Positions 35,293-44,614 of a stretch of 64,000 bases of DNA are shown here, piece after piece; the first letter of the stretch is position 1; each line of letters opens with the position of its first letter. The notes under the pieces were generated by a model that was given only the letters and a program-made list of their open reading frames with translations, had not been told where the DNA came from and searched no databases. Source of the stretch: an uncultured Draconibacterium sp. (GTDB lineage: Bacteria > Bacteroidota > Bacteroidia > Bacteroidales > FEN-979); contig CAYHGE010000001.1 in NCBI GenBank assembly GCA_964355945.1, positions 133,486-197,485 on the forward strand, written 5' to 3'. A program made the position numbers and the translations under genes.

Positions 35293-35597
35293 TGTGAAGT
35301 TTTTACAAATCCTGGTTCAATTTAACTGTTACGGTGTAACCGTTACAGGCTGAAATTTCAATAGCCAAATATAGTTAGTTTTAGATCATTCTCAGCATAC
35401 TTTGGTTTTGAAATGACATCCTGAAACGTATTTTCATGGGAAATGCGTGGAAATCATCCCCGCGCAAATGAAAAAGCAGGTTAAAACAGCTTTTGGGGCA
35501 CTTTATTAAATACTTTTCTAAATATATGGATTTCAACAGATGATAGCGGGTAGTCGGTAAAATATTAATGTTATGATAAATAAAAAATAAATTATAC

Positions 35598-35628
35598 TTG
35601 ACTTAGCATCTTCATCGTTGTACATTTG
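35598..35628 (+). promoter_or_regulatory. Candidate promoter for the orphan 753-aa gene (TTGACT, a 17-nt spacer, then TACATTTG)
   Basis: The -7 box TACATTTG is at 35621-35628 and a TTG-containing upstream element is at 35598-35603. This implies a leader of about 150 nt. Confidence 0.35.
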
Positions 35629-35786
35629 TAATAAATCTAAATAAAGATAACTGTGAAAATTTTAACAATTCTGTATGCCTGAAATTTGTAATTATATCAG
35701 TAGATGACCTGTATGTCAAATTGTTAAGTTATTGAACGCGGATACCGAAAAGCGAACAGAGTAGGTTTAAAAAAAAGGAGGAACAT

Positions 35787-38048
35787 ATGAATTATTCATT
35801 AAAGGGAAATCTTAGGGGATTTTATTGTGGCGATTGTTTTGACTTTCTTCACAATACAAAAATCCGGGTTTATGCGGCAGATCCAAAAACAAACCTGGCG
35901 GCTTTGGCTGTCTCACGCGAGAAAGAAACATTTCACCAACGCTCGGAAGATGAATTGAAATCGCTTCCCGACAGGTTATTGTTGGAAACAATGACCGATG
36001 AATCGGGGAATTTCACACTCGAATTTTCGGAAAAGCAGAAATATGAAGGAGGCGCCTTTGACATTGACTTTGTATGTGGTACAGGCTGGTCTCCTGCACT
36101 TCACGGACCTGACCCCGTTCGCCCGCCAAGACCTGGCGGACCGGTTCAATTTCACATAACTACACTTCAACCGTTGTGGAAAGAGGTTCAAAACAATGAA
36201 AACGACCGGAGATTATCGGCTTATTGGGAGTATGCAATTCCCTATAAATTCTGGTGCTGGATTCTGAGACTTTTCAGATGGTATGTCATTTGCGGAAATG
36301 TCGGGGATTGCAAAGGTGATTTCCCGGTAGGAGGAGTCAAAGTTTTTGCTTATGACGTGGATCTTATCCAGGATGATTACCTGGGATATGGAATTACTGA
36401 CCTGAATGGGAATTTTAAAATATATTATTCCGAAGCTGCCTTCAGTAAAACGATATTTAATTGGCTGAATGTTGAGTGGCCTGCCGGCCCCGATCTCTAT
36501 TTCAGGATCGAAGCAGGTGACGGCAGCGTTTTACTCAACGAGAACAGGCAGCGCGGACATGATCGCGACCGGACCAACGCTCCGAATTGCTTCTGTGTTA
36601 ATTTCTGTGTTGAATGTCCAAAAGGTTCACTGGTTTGTGACCTTACTGCACCATCTGGCTGTATCGATGATAATATAAAGTTGCTGGAGGATAAATATTT
36701 GGCCATTATTGGAACTGCAAGTGGTTGTGGCATGGTGGATTATGATCTGCAGCTGCTTTGGAACGGGACCAAAGATGTCTCCTCCGGGGCGATTATCTAT
36801 TCAAATTCCGGTGGGAACCCTGATCCTCTGCTCCTGCATGGGAATCACAGTGTGATGGGCGGTAATCTTGGATTTATTCTGATGACAAAAGCCATTGAAA
36901 ATGCCGGCAGCGACCTCATCACGTCCACCTTATTTGAAATCAGACTTACGGTGCATGGTTCTAGCAAGAGTGTTTGCACTTCTTCACTTTTATTCAGGAT
37001 TAAAGCAAGTGAAGTGTATATTAAGAACATTGGCGGCCGCGTAGCTCACGATGTTGCTGACCCCGGCGAACAGTTGCGTATAGCCGATGCTGCCGGTGCG
37101 GAAATTGGTGCAATTGGTATGGGTGCCAGCATTTGGGGTGCAGCAAGGGTTTTTGGCTGTCTGAATCAGAAGATCAATGATTACGGGATCTATTTTATTA
37201 AAGATGATTTTGTAACACCGCAGCCGGCAAATGGAACTTCTTATGATCCATTGGCGAATGGTTTCACAACCATTTGCAATGTTGACTTTGGTGCAGGTTT
37301 CAGTACATTTACACCTGATCAGCTCAGACAATGGAATGTTCTTCAGGGTCCCAATGCACTTATCTCAAACAATGGATTTTATACATACATTGATGTCATA
37401 ACCTTATACATTGGCGGTATACCGTTCGAATTGCAAATACCCGAAGGGCTGGTTGCCGGGATGAGTTGGAATACCGGGCCAAGCGGACGGTACAGTGTGC
37501 TGCTTAAGGTTACTGATACAAACGGTTTTTCATACTATGACATTCAGCGTGTGTGGGTTGATAATGAACTCCCCACTGCAGCTATTTATAATATTGGCAG
37601 TCTTCCACCATGCTCTGACCTCTATACCAAGACATGGGTTGACCCTGGAAAAACAATATCAAAATTCAAAGTGTTGGATATTAATGGAATGGCTTTTGAT
37701 CCCTTGATTATTGGTGCTGATCTGAACAATCCAAGTGATAATTTCAACTTTTATCAGCTCACCATAAAGAAGCAGGGGCTGGCGGGGCCTGAGGTGATAC
37801 ATACTTCGAATGTTACTGTTCCCGGTAGAGCATTGCCGGGAACCAACCTGTTCACGTTTGATCTCAGCTGGTTGGAAACAAATGCGCATGTTCCCGGGGT
37901 TCCTGACAACAAGCTCCTTCCGGATGAAACCTGTGCCTATGTGTTTTCACTTTGGGTGCAGGATAAAACAGCGCTAAATAACGCTACAGATGTACATCAT
38001 ACACATTTTGACTTCCCGGTAAAGATCATAAATAGTGTTGAGCCTTAG
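35787..38048 (+). CDS. Hypothetical 753-aa protein with two N-terminal carboxypeptidase-regulatory/transthyretin-like beta-sandwich segments and a Cys-rich linker
   Basis: A strong SD (AAGGAGG) lies 5 nt upstream of the ATG. The motifs IRVYA...DESGNFTLEF and VKVFAYDVD...DLNGNFKIYY are present. It has no signal peptide, no TM helix and no T9SS C-terminal domain. Confidence 0.7.
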   Translation: MNYSLKGNLRGFYCGDCFDFLHNTKIRVYAADPKTNLAALAVSREKETFHQRSEDELKSLPDRLLLETMTDESGNFTLEFSEKQKYEGGAFDIDFVCGTGWSPALHGPDPVRPPRPGGPVQFHITTLQPLWKEVQNNENDRRLSAYWEYAIPYKFWCWILRLFRWYVICGNVGDCKGDFPVGGVKVFAYDVDLIQDDYLGYGITDLNGNFKIYYSEAAFSKTIFNWLNVEWPAGPDLYFRIEAGDGSVLLNENRQRGHDRDRTNAPNCFCVNFCVECPKGSLVCDLTAPSGCIDDNIKLLEDKYLAIIGTASGCGMVDYDLQLLWNGTKDVSSGAIIYSNSGGNPDPLLLHGNHSVMGGNLGFILMTKAIENAGSDLITSTLFEIRLTVHGSSKSVCTSSLLFRIKASEVYIKNIGGRVAHDVADPGEQLRIADAAGAEIGAIGMGASIWGAARVFGCLNQKINDYGIYFIKDDFVTPQPANGTSYDPLANGFTTICNVDFGAGFSTFTPDQLRQWNVLQGPNALISNNGFYTYIDVITLYIGGIPFELQIPEGLVAGMSWNTGPSGRYSVLLKVTDTNGFSYYDIQRVWVDNELPTAAIYNIGSLPPCSDLYTKTWVDPGKTISKFKVLDINGMAFDPLIIGADLNNPSDNFNFYQLTIKKQGLAGPEVIHTSNVTVPGRALPGTNLFTFDLSWLETNAHVPGVPDNKLLPDETCAYVFSLWVQDKTALNNATDVHHTHFDFPVKIINSVEP

Positions 38049-38062
38049 TTGATTGTGCCTTT

Positions 38063-38136
38063 GTTCGGAGCTGTCTGAAAAGTATTTTTCCAGATGACAA
38101 ATCATTCAGGCGAAAACTTTTCAGATGGTTCCGAAC
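38063..38136. terminator. Long inverted repeat between convergent genes (18 of 21 bp in the arms, 32-nt spacer)
   Basis: GTTCGGAGCTGTCTGAAAAGT (38063-38083) pairs with ACTTTTCAGATGGTTCCGAAC (38116-38136). Confidence 0.45.
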
Positions 38137-38150
38137 CAGGGGATGAAGAA

Positions 38151-38675
38151 TTAGATTTCTTCGTGGTTGTACCAGCTGGCATACATCGTATAATTCTTTG
38201 ATATCCGGTTCACCTGTCCTTCCAGCAATGCCTGGTCGATATCTTTTATTTTGCGTGCCGGAAGGCCTGCCCAGACAGTGCCAGACTCAACGACCGTACC
38301 TTCGGTGACCAAAGCTCCGGCTCCGACAATTGAGTTGCTGTGGATCACTGCGCCATCCATCACAATGGCACCCATGCCGATCAGCACATTGTCGTGAATC
38401 GTACATCCGTGGATGATGGCTTTATGGGCGATTGAGACATTATTGCCGATAGAAACCGGTGCTTTCTGATATGTACAATGGATAATGGCACCGTCCTGGA
38501 TATTTACATTGTCGCCGATCCGGATGGTGTGTACATCACCCCGTACCACCGCATTGAACCAAACACTGCAGTTGTCACCCATTACCACATCGCCTGTTAT
38601 GGTGGCATTGTCGGCCAGGAAGCAGTTGCTTCCCATTATAGGCAGGATTCCTTTTACAGATTTGATGAGTGCCAT
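38151..38675 (-). CDS. Gamma-carbonic-anhydrase-like / hexapeptide-repeat (LbH) family protein
   Basis: Left-handed beta-helix hexapeptide repeats run throughout (IGDNVNIQDGAIIH...IGNNVSIAHKAIIHGCTI). The length is 174 aa. Confidence 0.8.
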   Translation of the reverse strand: MALIKSVKGILPIMGSNCFLADNATITGDVVMGDNCSVWFNAVVRGDVHTIRIGDNVNIQDGAIIHCTYQKAPVSIGNNVSIAHKAIIHGCTIHDNVLIGMGAIVMDGAVIHSNSIVGAGALVTEGTVVESGTVWAGLPARKIKDIDQALLEGQVNRISKNYTMYASWYNHEEI

Positions 38676-38709
38676 TTGTTTCGGTTAGGTTGTTAACTTA
38701 AATTTTCTA

Positions 38710-38757
38710 CCCCGTCAGGGTCTCCCACCCTGTCAGGGTCTCCCACCCCGTCAGGGT
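38710..38757. repeat. 18-bp tandem repeat, about 2.7 copies (CCCCGTCAGGGTCTCCCA)
   Basis: The copies read CCCCGTCAGGGTCTCCCA, CCCTGTCAGGGTCTCCCA and CCCCGTCAGGGT. They lie in the nadB / gamma-CA spacer. Confidence 0.9.
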
Positions 38758-38760
38758 ACA

Positions 38761-40332
38761 TTATCTGGGACTTGTACGTTGATAATCAAGTGAATAGTGC
38801 AGGCCCCTGCTTTCGTGTCTGCGACTGGCTGCCTTGATAATCAGATAGCCGATGTTAATGAGGTTGCGAAGCTCACATAATTTCGGGGTGAGAATCGACT
38901 TGTTATACAGATCTTCGGATTCGCGGTACAGAAGTTCCAGACGATCGAACGCACGCTGAAGCCGGAGGTTCGACCGGACAATACCGACATAGCTGCTCAT
39001 GATCGCCTGCAGTTCTTTGAGTGACTGCGTAATCAAAACCATCTCTTCATTTAATACCATGCCCTCTGCATTCCAGTCAGGAATATCATGGCAGTGTGCG
39101 ATGGTTTTAACATTCCGGATGGCCTCTTCACTTGCCCGGTGAGAAAAGACAAGCGATTCAAGCAACGAGTTGGAAGCCAGGCGATTTGCGCCATGAAGCC
39201 CGGTTGATGAACATTCACCAGAAGCATATAGGTTTACAATAGAACTGCGCCCGCATTCATCTACTTTGATGCCGCCACAGGTATAATGAGCAGCCGGAAC
39301 TACCGGGATCATGTCCTTGCTGATATCTATTCCGGCAGAAAGGCATTTTGCATAAATTGTAGGAAAATGGTGGATCAACTCATTTTTCTGGAGATGCCTG
39401 CAGTCGAGGTAGAGGTAGTCATCACCACTTAATTTTAATTCATTGTCGATGGCACGGGCAACAATATCGCGGGGTGCAAGTGACAGCCTTGAGTCGTATT
39501 TATGCATAAACTCCTTGCCATCGCGGGTTTTCAGCACTGCGCCAAAACCACGCATGGCTTCTGTGATCAGGAAGGCCGGCTTTTCATCCGGATGATACAG
39601 GGCAGTTGGGTGAAACTGAACAAATTCCATGTTTTCAACTGCCCCCTTGGCACGATAAACCATGGCAATCCCATCACCCGTGGAAATCAGCGGATTGGTG
39701 GTGTTGTTGTAAACATTCCCGGTGCCGCCCGTTGCGATGAGGGTGATTTTCGATAAAATGGTATCGACCAGCCGGGTCCGGGGATTCATGACAAAGGCCC
39801 CAAAGCAGGTGATTCCTGCAGTCCGGCTGTTCACTTCCAACCCAAGATGATGCTGGGTAATAATGTCGATGGTGAAGTGATTCTCCAGAATCTCGATGTT
39901 CGGATGCTGCTTGACCTGCTCCAGCAATTTGTTTTCGATTTCCCTGCCCGTACTGTCTTTGTGATGCAGCACGCGGTATTCGGAGTGTCCTCCCTCCTTG
40001 GCGAGATCGTAACGTCCTGTATTGGTTTTATCGAATTTGATACCCCATTTTACAAGCTCTTTGATTCGCTCGGTCGATTCACTGATGGTAAACCTGACAA
40101 CATCTTCCTTACACAATCCGTCACCTGCAATGATGGTATCCTGGATGTGTTTTTCAAAGGAATCAGGAGTGTACATTACAGCGGCAATACCTCCCTGTGC
40201 CCAGGTGGTGGCGGTGTCGTCCATCCTCGACTTGGTGACGATACACACTTTGCCATGCTTTGCTACCTTGATGGCAAAGGTTAGGCCGGCAATTCCGGAT
40301 CCGATGACCAGGAAATCTACGTTTTTTCTCAT
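38761..40332 (-). CDS. nadB: L-aspartate oxidase
   Basis: It has the FAD motif DFLVIGSGIAGL and fumarate-reductase/succinate-dehydrogenase-like blocks (HPTAL, GGI.VD, GANRLASNSLLE). The length is 523 aa. Confidence 0.9.
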   Translation of the reverse strand: MRKNVDFLVIGSGIAGLTFAIKVAKHGKVCIVTKSRMDDTATTWAQGGIAAVMYTPDSFEKHIQDTIIAGDGLCKEDVVRFTISESTERIKELVKWGIKFDKTNTGRYDLAKEGGHSEYRVLHHKDSTGREIENKLLEQVKQHPNIEILENHFTIDIITQHHLGLEVNSRTAGITCFGAFVMNPRTRLVDTILSKITLIATGGTGNVYNNTTNPLISTGDGIAMVYRAKGAVENMEFVQFHPTALYHPDEKPAFLITEAMRGFGAVLKTRDGKEFMHKYDSRLSLAPRDIVARAIDNELKLSGDDYLYLDCRHLQKNELIHHFPTIYAKCLSAGIDISKDMIPVVPAAHYTCGGIKVDECGRSSIVNLYASGECSSTGLHGANRLASNSLLESLVFSHRASEEAIRNVKTIAHCHDIPDWNAEGMVLNEEMVLITQSLKELQAIMSSYVGIVRSNLRLQRAFDRLELLYRESEDLYNKSILTPKLCELRNLINIGYLIIKAASRRHESRGLHYSLDYQRTSPR

Positions 40333-40341
40333 GAAACTTCT

Positions 40342-41574
40342 TTACAGATCAAGCAGTAATTTAATGGGATCCAGTCCTTCTGTCAGCATTTTTGCAGGAT
40401 CTTCAATCAACTCTTTAACTTTGACCAGAAAACTGACGGATTCCCGGCCATCGATCACCCTGTGATCGTACGAAAGCGCCACATACATCATGGGTGCTAT
40501 TACAACCTGCCCGTTGACCGCGATCGGGCGCTCCTGGATTTTATGCATCCCGAGGATGGCACTTTGCGGCGGATTCAGAATTGGTGTCGACATCATGGAA
40601 CCGAATACCCCGCCATTCGTAATGGTAAATGTGCCCCCCTTCATGTCGTCAATGGAAATTTTGTTGTCGCGGGCCTTTCCGGCCAGCTCCTTTATTTTTA
40701 ACTCAATCTCTGCAATGCTCATCATTTCTGCATTGCGTAACACAGGTACGACGAGTCCTTTCGGGGCACTTACGGCAATGCCAATGTCAACATACCGCGG
40801 AGTAATTAGGTCTTCACCATCAAGCATTGAGTTCACCTGGGGGAACTCCTTTAAGGCGATGGTTACCGCTTTTGTAAAAATGGACATCAATCCAACACCA
40901 ACCCCATAGCGCTCTTTAAAGGACTCACTGTATTTTTTCCTGATTTCCAGGGCTGCCTCCATGTTGACTTCGTTGAATGTTGTCAGCATGGCCGTTTGAT
41001 TTTTAACCGAAACAAGCCGCTCTGCGAGCTTCAACCTGAGGGTGGTCATTTTTTTGCGGTCAGCCTCCCTGGTTCCGGTAAACGAGACTGCCGACATTGT
41101 CTCTTTTTTAAGACTGATGAACAATTCAATATCCTTGCGGGTGATCTTTTTCCCCGGGAAAGCAATTGCCAGGTCTCCTGTATTTACATGTTTTTCTTCG
41201 ATGATCCTTTTGGCCAGAGGAGAGGCATGAAGGGTTACAGGCGGACTGGCGGACATAGGAGCAGCCTGGGGTTGAACTGGTGAAAGCACTGGCTCCGCTG
41301 ATTTTTGACTTTTGCTCTTTGACTTTGCATTTTGCATTTCCGACACTTCGATGGTCGCAATCACCCCTCCAACCGCCACAGTCTCACCTTCCTTCGCAAG
41401 GATCCTTATCACGCCATCTTCAGGGGTTGTTACCGGGAACGATGCTTTGTCGGAGTCGATCTCCACGATCTCCTGGTCTTTTTCAACCAGCTCCCCATCG
41501 GCAACCAGCCATTTTGCAAGTTGAACCTGGGTGATGGATTCGCCCGGACTGGGTACTTTTATCTCAATTGCCAT
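40342..41574 (-). CDS. sucB: 2-oxoglutarate dehydrogenase E2, dihydrolipoyllysine-residue succinyltransferase
   Basis: It has a lipoyl domain ([11 protein letters not shown]), an E3-binding segment, and a catalytic domain carrying SYDHRVIDG. Confidence 0.9.
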   Translation of the reverse strand: MAIEIKVPSPGESITQVQLAKWLVADGELVEKDQEIVEIDSDKASFPVTTPEDGVIRILAKEGETVAVGGVIATIEVSEMQNAKSKSKSQKSAEPVLSPVQPQAAPMSASPPVTLHASPLAKRIIEEKHVNTGDLAIAFPGKKITRKDIELFISLKKETMSAVSFTGTREADRKKMTTLRLKLAERLVSVKNQTAMLTTFNEVNMEAALEIRKKYSESFKERYGVGVGLMSIFTKAVTIALKEFPQVNSMLDGEDLITPRYVDIGIAVSAPKGLVVPVLRNAEMMSIAEIELKIKELAGKARDNKISIDDMKGGTFTITNGGVFGSMMSTPILNPPQSAILGMHKIQERPIAVNGQVVIAPMMYVALSYDHRVIDGRESVSFLVKVKELIEDPAKMLTEGLDPIKLLLDL

Positions 41575-41623
41575 GGACTATTTTTGTTTGCAAAATTACA
41601 TCGAATGTGTGAATAACCCAACA

Positions 41624-44419
41624 TCATACAATCTGGAACTCATGCTCGGCACAATGAAGCCTGCATGACCCGTTCGCATGCTCGCAGGTGCATCTTCCCA
41701 GTGCCTTCTCAACAATCAGTTTCTGCTGAATTTTATGCAGCCTTGATGAACCTGTTGCCGGGCTTCCGCTGGCCGGACGGGCGGTATGGTGTAATACGGG
41801 TGCGACGGCAGGTGATTCGAAGACAAGATTCTGTAAAATAAATTGCCATGGACCCATATTAACCGGTTCCTCCTGCACCCATTCAAAGTGCAGTGCCAGC
41901 GGATACCTTGCAAACACTTCCTGCAACTGCTTCACAGGAAGAGGATAAAGTTGTTCCAGTCTGATGAGTGAAACTTCGTCTCTCTGCTGCTTCTCCTTTT
42001 CTTCAAGGATGTCGTAATAAACTTTTCCTGAGCAGATTACAACCCTCTTGATCTTCATGGGATCTGCTGAATAATCATCTATGACTTCCCTGAATCCTCC
42101 AGTTGTAAAGTCTTCAATGGAGGAAACACAACGTGGGTGGCGAAGCAGGCTTTTTGGCGTAAAAACCACCAGCGGTTTGCGGAAAGTCCAGTAGAGCTGC
42201 CGCCGTAAAACATGGAAAATGTTTGCAGGGGTTGTGCAGTTTACAATCTGCATGTTGTGATGTCCGCATAATGAGAGAAACCGTTCGATCCGAGCAGAGG
42301 AGTGTTCCGGACCCTGGCCTTCATACCCGTGCGGCAACAGAAGCACGGTGCCATTCATCACTTTCCACTTATCTTCTGCACTGCTGATATACTGGTCGAT
42401 GACAATCTGCGCACCATTGTTAAAATCGCCAAACTGGGCCTCCCAGATTGTTAATCCATCCGGGGTTGCAAAGCTATAACCGTATTCAAAACCAAGAACA
42501 CCATACTCAGACAAAGGGGAATTGTAAATACTCAGCTTGCCCTGTTCCGGTGAAATATGCTCCAGCGGTATGAATTTTTCTTCTGAATCCTCTACGGTAA
42601 GCACGGCATGCCGGTGACTGAATGTGCCTCTCTGGCAATCCTGGCCACTCAGGCGTACCGGGTGCTTTTCTGACAGGAGTGATCCGTAGGCGATCAATTC
42701 CCCCATCGCCCAGTCGAGTTTGCCGGCTTTGAGCATGGCTTTCCGGTCGTCCTGCATCTTGACGATCTTGCGGAAAAATGTTTTACCTTCCGGTAATGCC
42801 GTTAGTCTGCTGCCGATTTCATGAAAAGTTGATTCAGAGATTGCTGTAACCGGGGAATGGTGGAAGTCGGCCGGAATGGCTTTTCGCAGGTTTTCCCATT
42901 GCTTTCCCATGAAAGGGGTGATGTCGCCTTTGATGATCGTTTTTGCAGACTCAAACCCATGTTCCAGCGTTTCCCGGATGTCAGATTTAATCTGTGGAAA
43001 ATCAATGGATGCCAGTGTTTTTTCATCCTCAAGTTTTTTCAGGTATATCTCCAGCGGGTCGGGATGCTGTTCAATGATTTTATAGAGGATGGGTTGGGTA
43101 AAGCGGGGTTCATCGCTCTCGTTATGTCCGTATTTCCTGTATCCAAGGAGGTCGATGAAGATGTCTTTATGAAACTGTGCGCGGAATTCCATGGCCAGCC
43201 TGACGGTGTAGACAACGGCTTCCACATCATCTGCATTGACATGAAATACAGGCGATTGAATGGTCTTGGCCACGTCTGTACAATATACGCTTGACCGGCC
43301 GTCAAGGTAGTTTGTTGTAAACCCGATCTGGTTGTTGACGACCAGGTGGATGGTGCCACCGGTTTTGTACCCGTCAAGATCGGCCATCTGGATCAGTTCA
43401 TAAATTATTCCCTGTCCTGAAACAGATGCATCCCCATGGATGAGGATGGCTGCAACTTTCCCGTTGTCGCCACCATAAACATGATCGATTTTGGCCCGGG
43501 CAATGCCTTCCACAACAGGATCCACTGTTTCGAGATGTGAGGGATTGGGTGCCAGGGTCAGGTGAATGTTACTGCCATTGCCGGCAACAACATCACTTGA
43601 ATATCCAAGGTGGTACTTCACATCGCCCAGCAGGTCATCGTCTTCATATTCTTTCCCATCGAATTCAGAGAAAATTTCTGTAAATGGCTTGTGCATGATG
43701 TTTCCAAGAACATTCAACCGCCCCCGGTGGGCCATGCCCAGAACAAATTCGGCAATTCCAAGGTCAGCACCTTTCTGTATTACAGCATCGAGGGCCGGAA
43801 TCAGTGATTCCACACCTTCAAGAGAAAAACTTTTCTGTCCGGGGAATTTTTTATGGATGAATTTTTCAAAAAGGACCCCCTCCGCCAATTTGCGCAGGAT
43901 GTTTGCCTTATCAATGATGGCAAATTCAGGCTTGTTAAGGCGTGTCTCCATCTTCGATTTAAACCACGCTACTATTTCCGGCTTGCGGATGTAAAAATAT
44001 TCCACTCCGACCGACTGGCAATATGTTTTCTGTAAATGTGCAACAATGTCAGAGAGTTTGGCATTTCCCAGGCCCAGTTCTTTACCGGCCTGAAAGACTT
44101 TATTTAACTCCGTCTCCGCCAGTTCGAAATTTTCAAGATCGAGTGTTGGCAGGTATTTTCTGCGGGTTCTAACCGGGTTGGTTAAGGTGAACAGGTGTCC
44201 CCGGGCCCGGTATCCATTGATGAGGTTGATCACTTTAAATTCATTCGGTACAATGTATGCATTGCCCTGGTCGGCTTTGAAATTGGTCTGGCAAAATTCA
44301 AAACCTTCAAAAAATTTCTGCCAACTCTCCTCAACAGAGAGCGGATCCTGCTTGTATTGTTCATACAGCTCGTCAATAAAAGCGTTGTCCGGCTGATTCA
44401 AATAGTTGAATTTATCCAT
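41624..44419 (-). CDS. sucA: 2-oxoglutarate dehydrogenase E1 component
   Basis: It is a 931-aa protein with ThDP-dependent E1o blocks (GMAHRGRLNVL, HGDA...GQG, LPHGYEGQGPEHSSAR). Confidence 0.9.
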   Translation of the reverse strand: MDKFNYLNQPDNAFIDELYEQYKQDPLSVEESWQKFFEGFEFCQTNFKADQGNAYIVPNEFKVINLINGYRARGHLFTLTNPVRTRRKYLPTLDLENFELAETELNKVFQAGKELGLGNAKLSDIVAHLQKTYCQSVGVEYFYIRKPEIVAWFKSKMETRLNKPEFAIIDKANILRKLAEGVLFEKFIHKKFPGQKSFSLEGVESLIPALDAVIQKGADLGIAEFVLGMAHRGRLNVLGNIMHKPFTEIFSEFDGKEYEDDDLLGDVKYHLGYSSDVVAGNGSNIHLTLAPNPSHLETVDPVVEGIARAKIDHVYGGDNGKVAAILIHGDASVSGQGIIYELIQMADLDGYKTGGTIHLVVNNQIGFTTNYLDGRSSVYCTDVAKTIQSPVFHVNADDVEAVVYTVRLAMEFRAQFHKDIFIDLLGYRKYGHNESDEPRFTQPILYKIIEQHPDPLEIYLKKLEDEKTLASIDFPQIKSDIRETLEHGFESAKTIIKGDITPFMGKQWENLRKAIPADFHHSPVTAISESTFHEIGSRLTALPEGKTFFRKIVKMQDDRKAMLKAGKLDWAMGELIAYGSLLSEKHPVRLSGQDCQRGTFSHRHAVLTVEDSEEKFIPLEHISPEQGKLSIYNSPLSEYGVLGFEYGYSFATPDGLTIWEAQFGDFNNGAQIVIDQYISSAEDKWKVMNGTVLLLPHGYEGQGPEHSSARIERFLSLCGHHNMQIVNCTTPANIFHVLRRQLYWTFRKPLVVFTPKSLLRHPRCVSSIEDFTTGGFREVIDDYSADPMKIKRVVICSGKVYYDILEEKEKQQRDEVSLIRLEQLYPLPVKQLQEVFARYPLALHFEWVQEEPVNMGPWQFILQNLVFESPAVAPVLHHTARPASGSPATGSSRLHKIQQKLIVEKALGRCTCEHANGSCRLHCAEHEFQIV

Positions 44420-44614
44420 TTCCCGTAATTATCATTTCAGCGTCAAATATACTGATAATTGAATTATTGTTACGATCCCGACGCAGTCATCCATGATAAA
44501 ATCAGTATTTTTGCAGCGTAAGAAATTGCTATTAAATCCGTTTTTGATCAAAGAAGGCGCAAAGTGCCGCAGAGCTGAATAAATTATTTAACATTAATTC
44601 TAGATATCAGAACA

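Noticed and set aside
41624-41700. The Cys/His-rich C-terminal tail of SucA (GRCTCEHANGSCRLHCAEHEFQIV), as a possible metal-binding extension or read-through into a former terminator.
   Set aside because: I cannot recall how orthologous Bacteroidota SucA proteins end, and I see no frameshift or convincing hairpin in the DNA. An alignment is needed before claiming anything.
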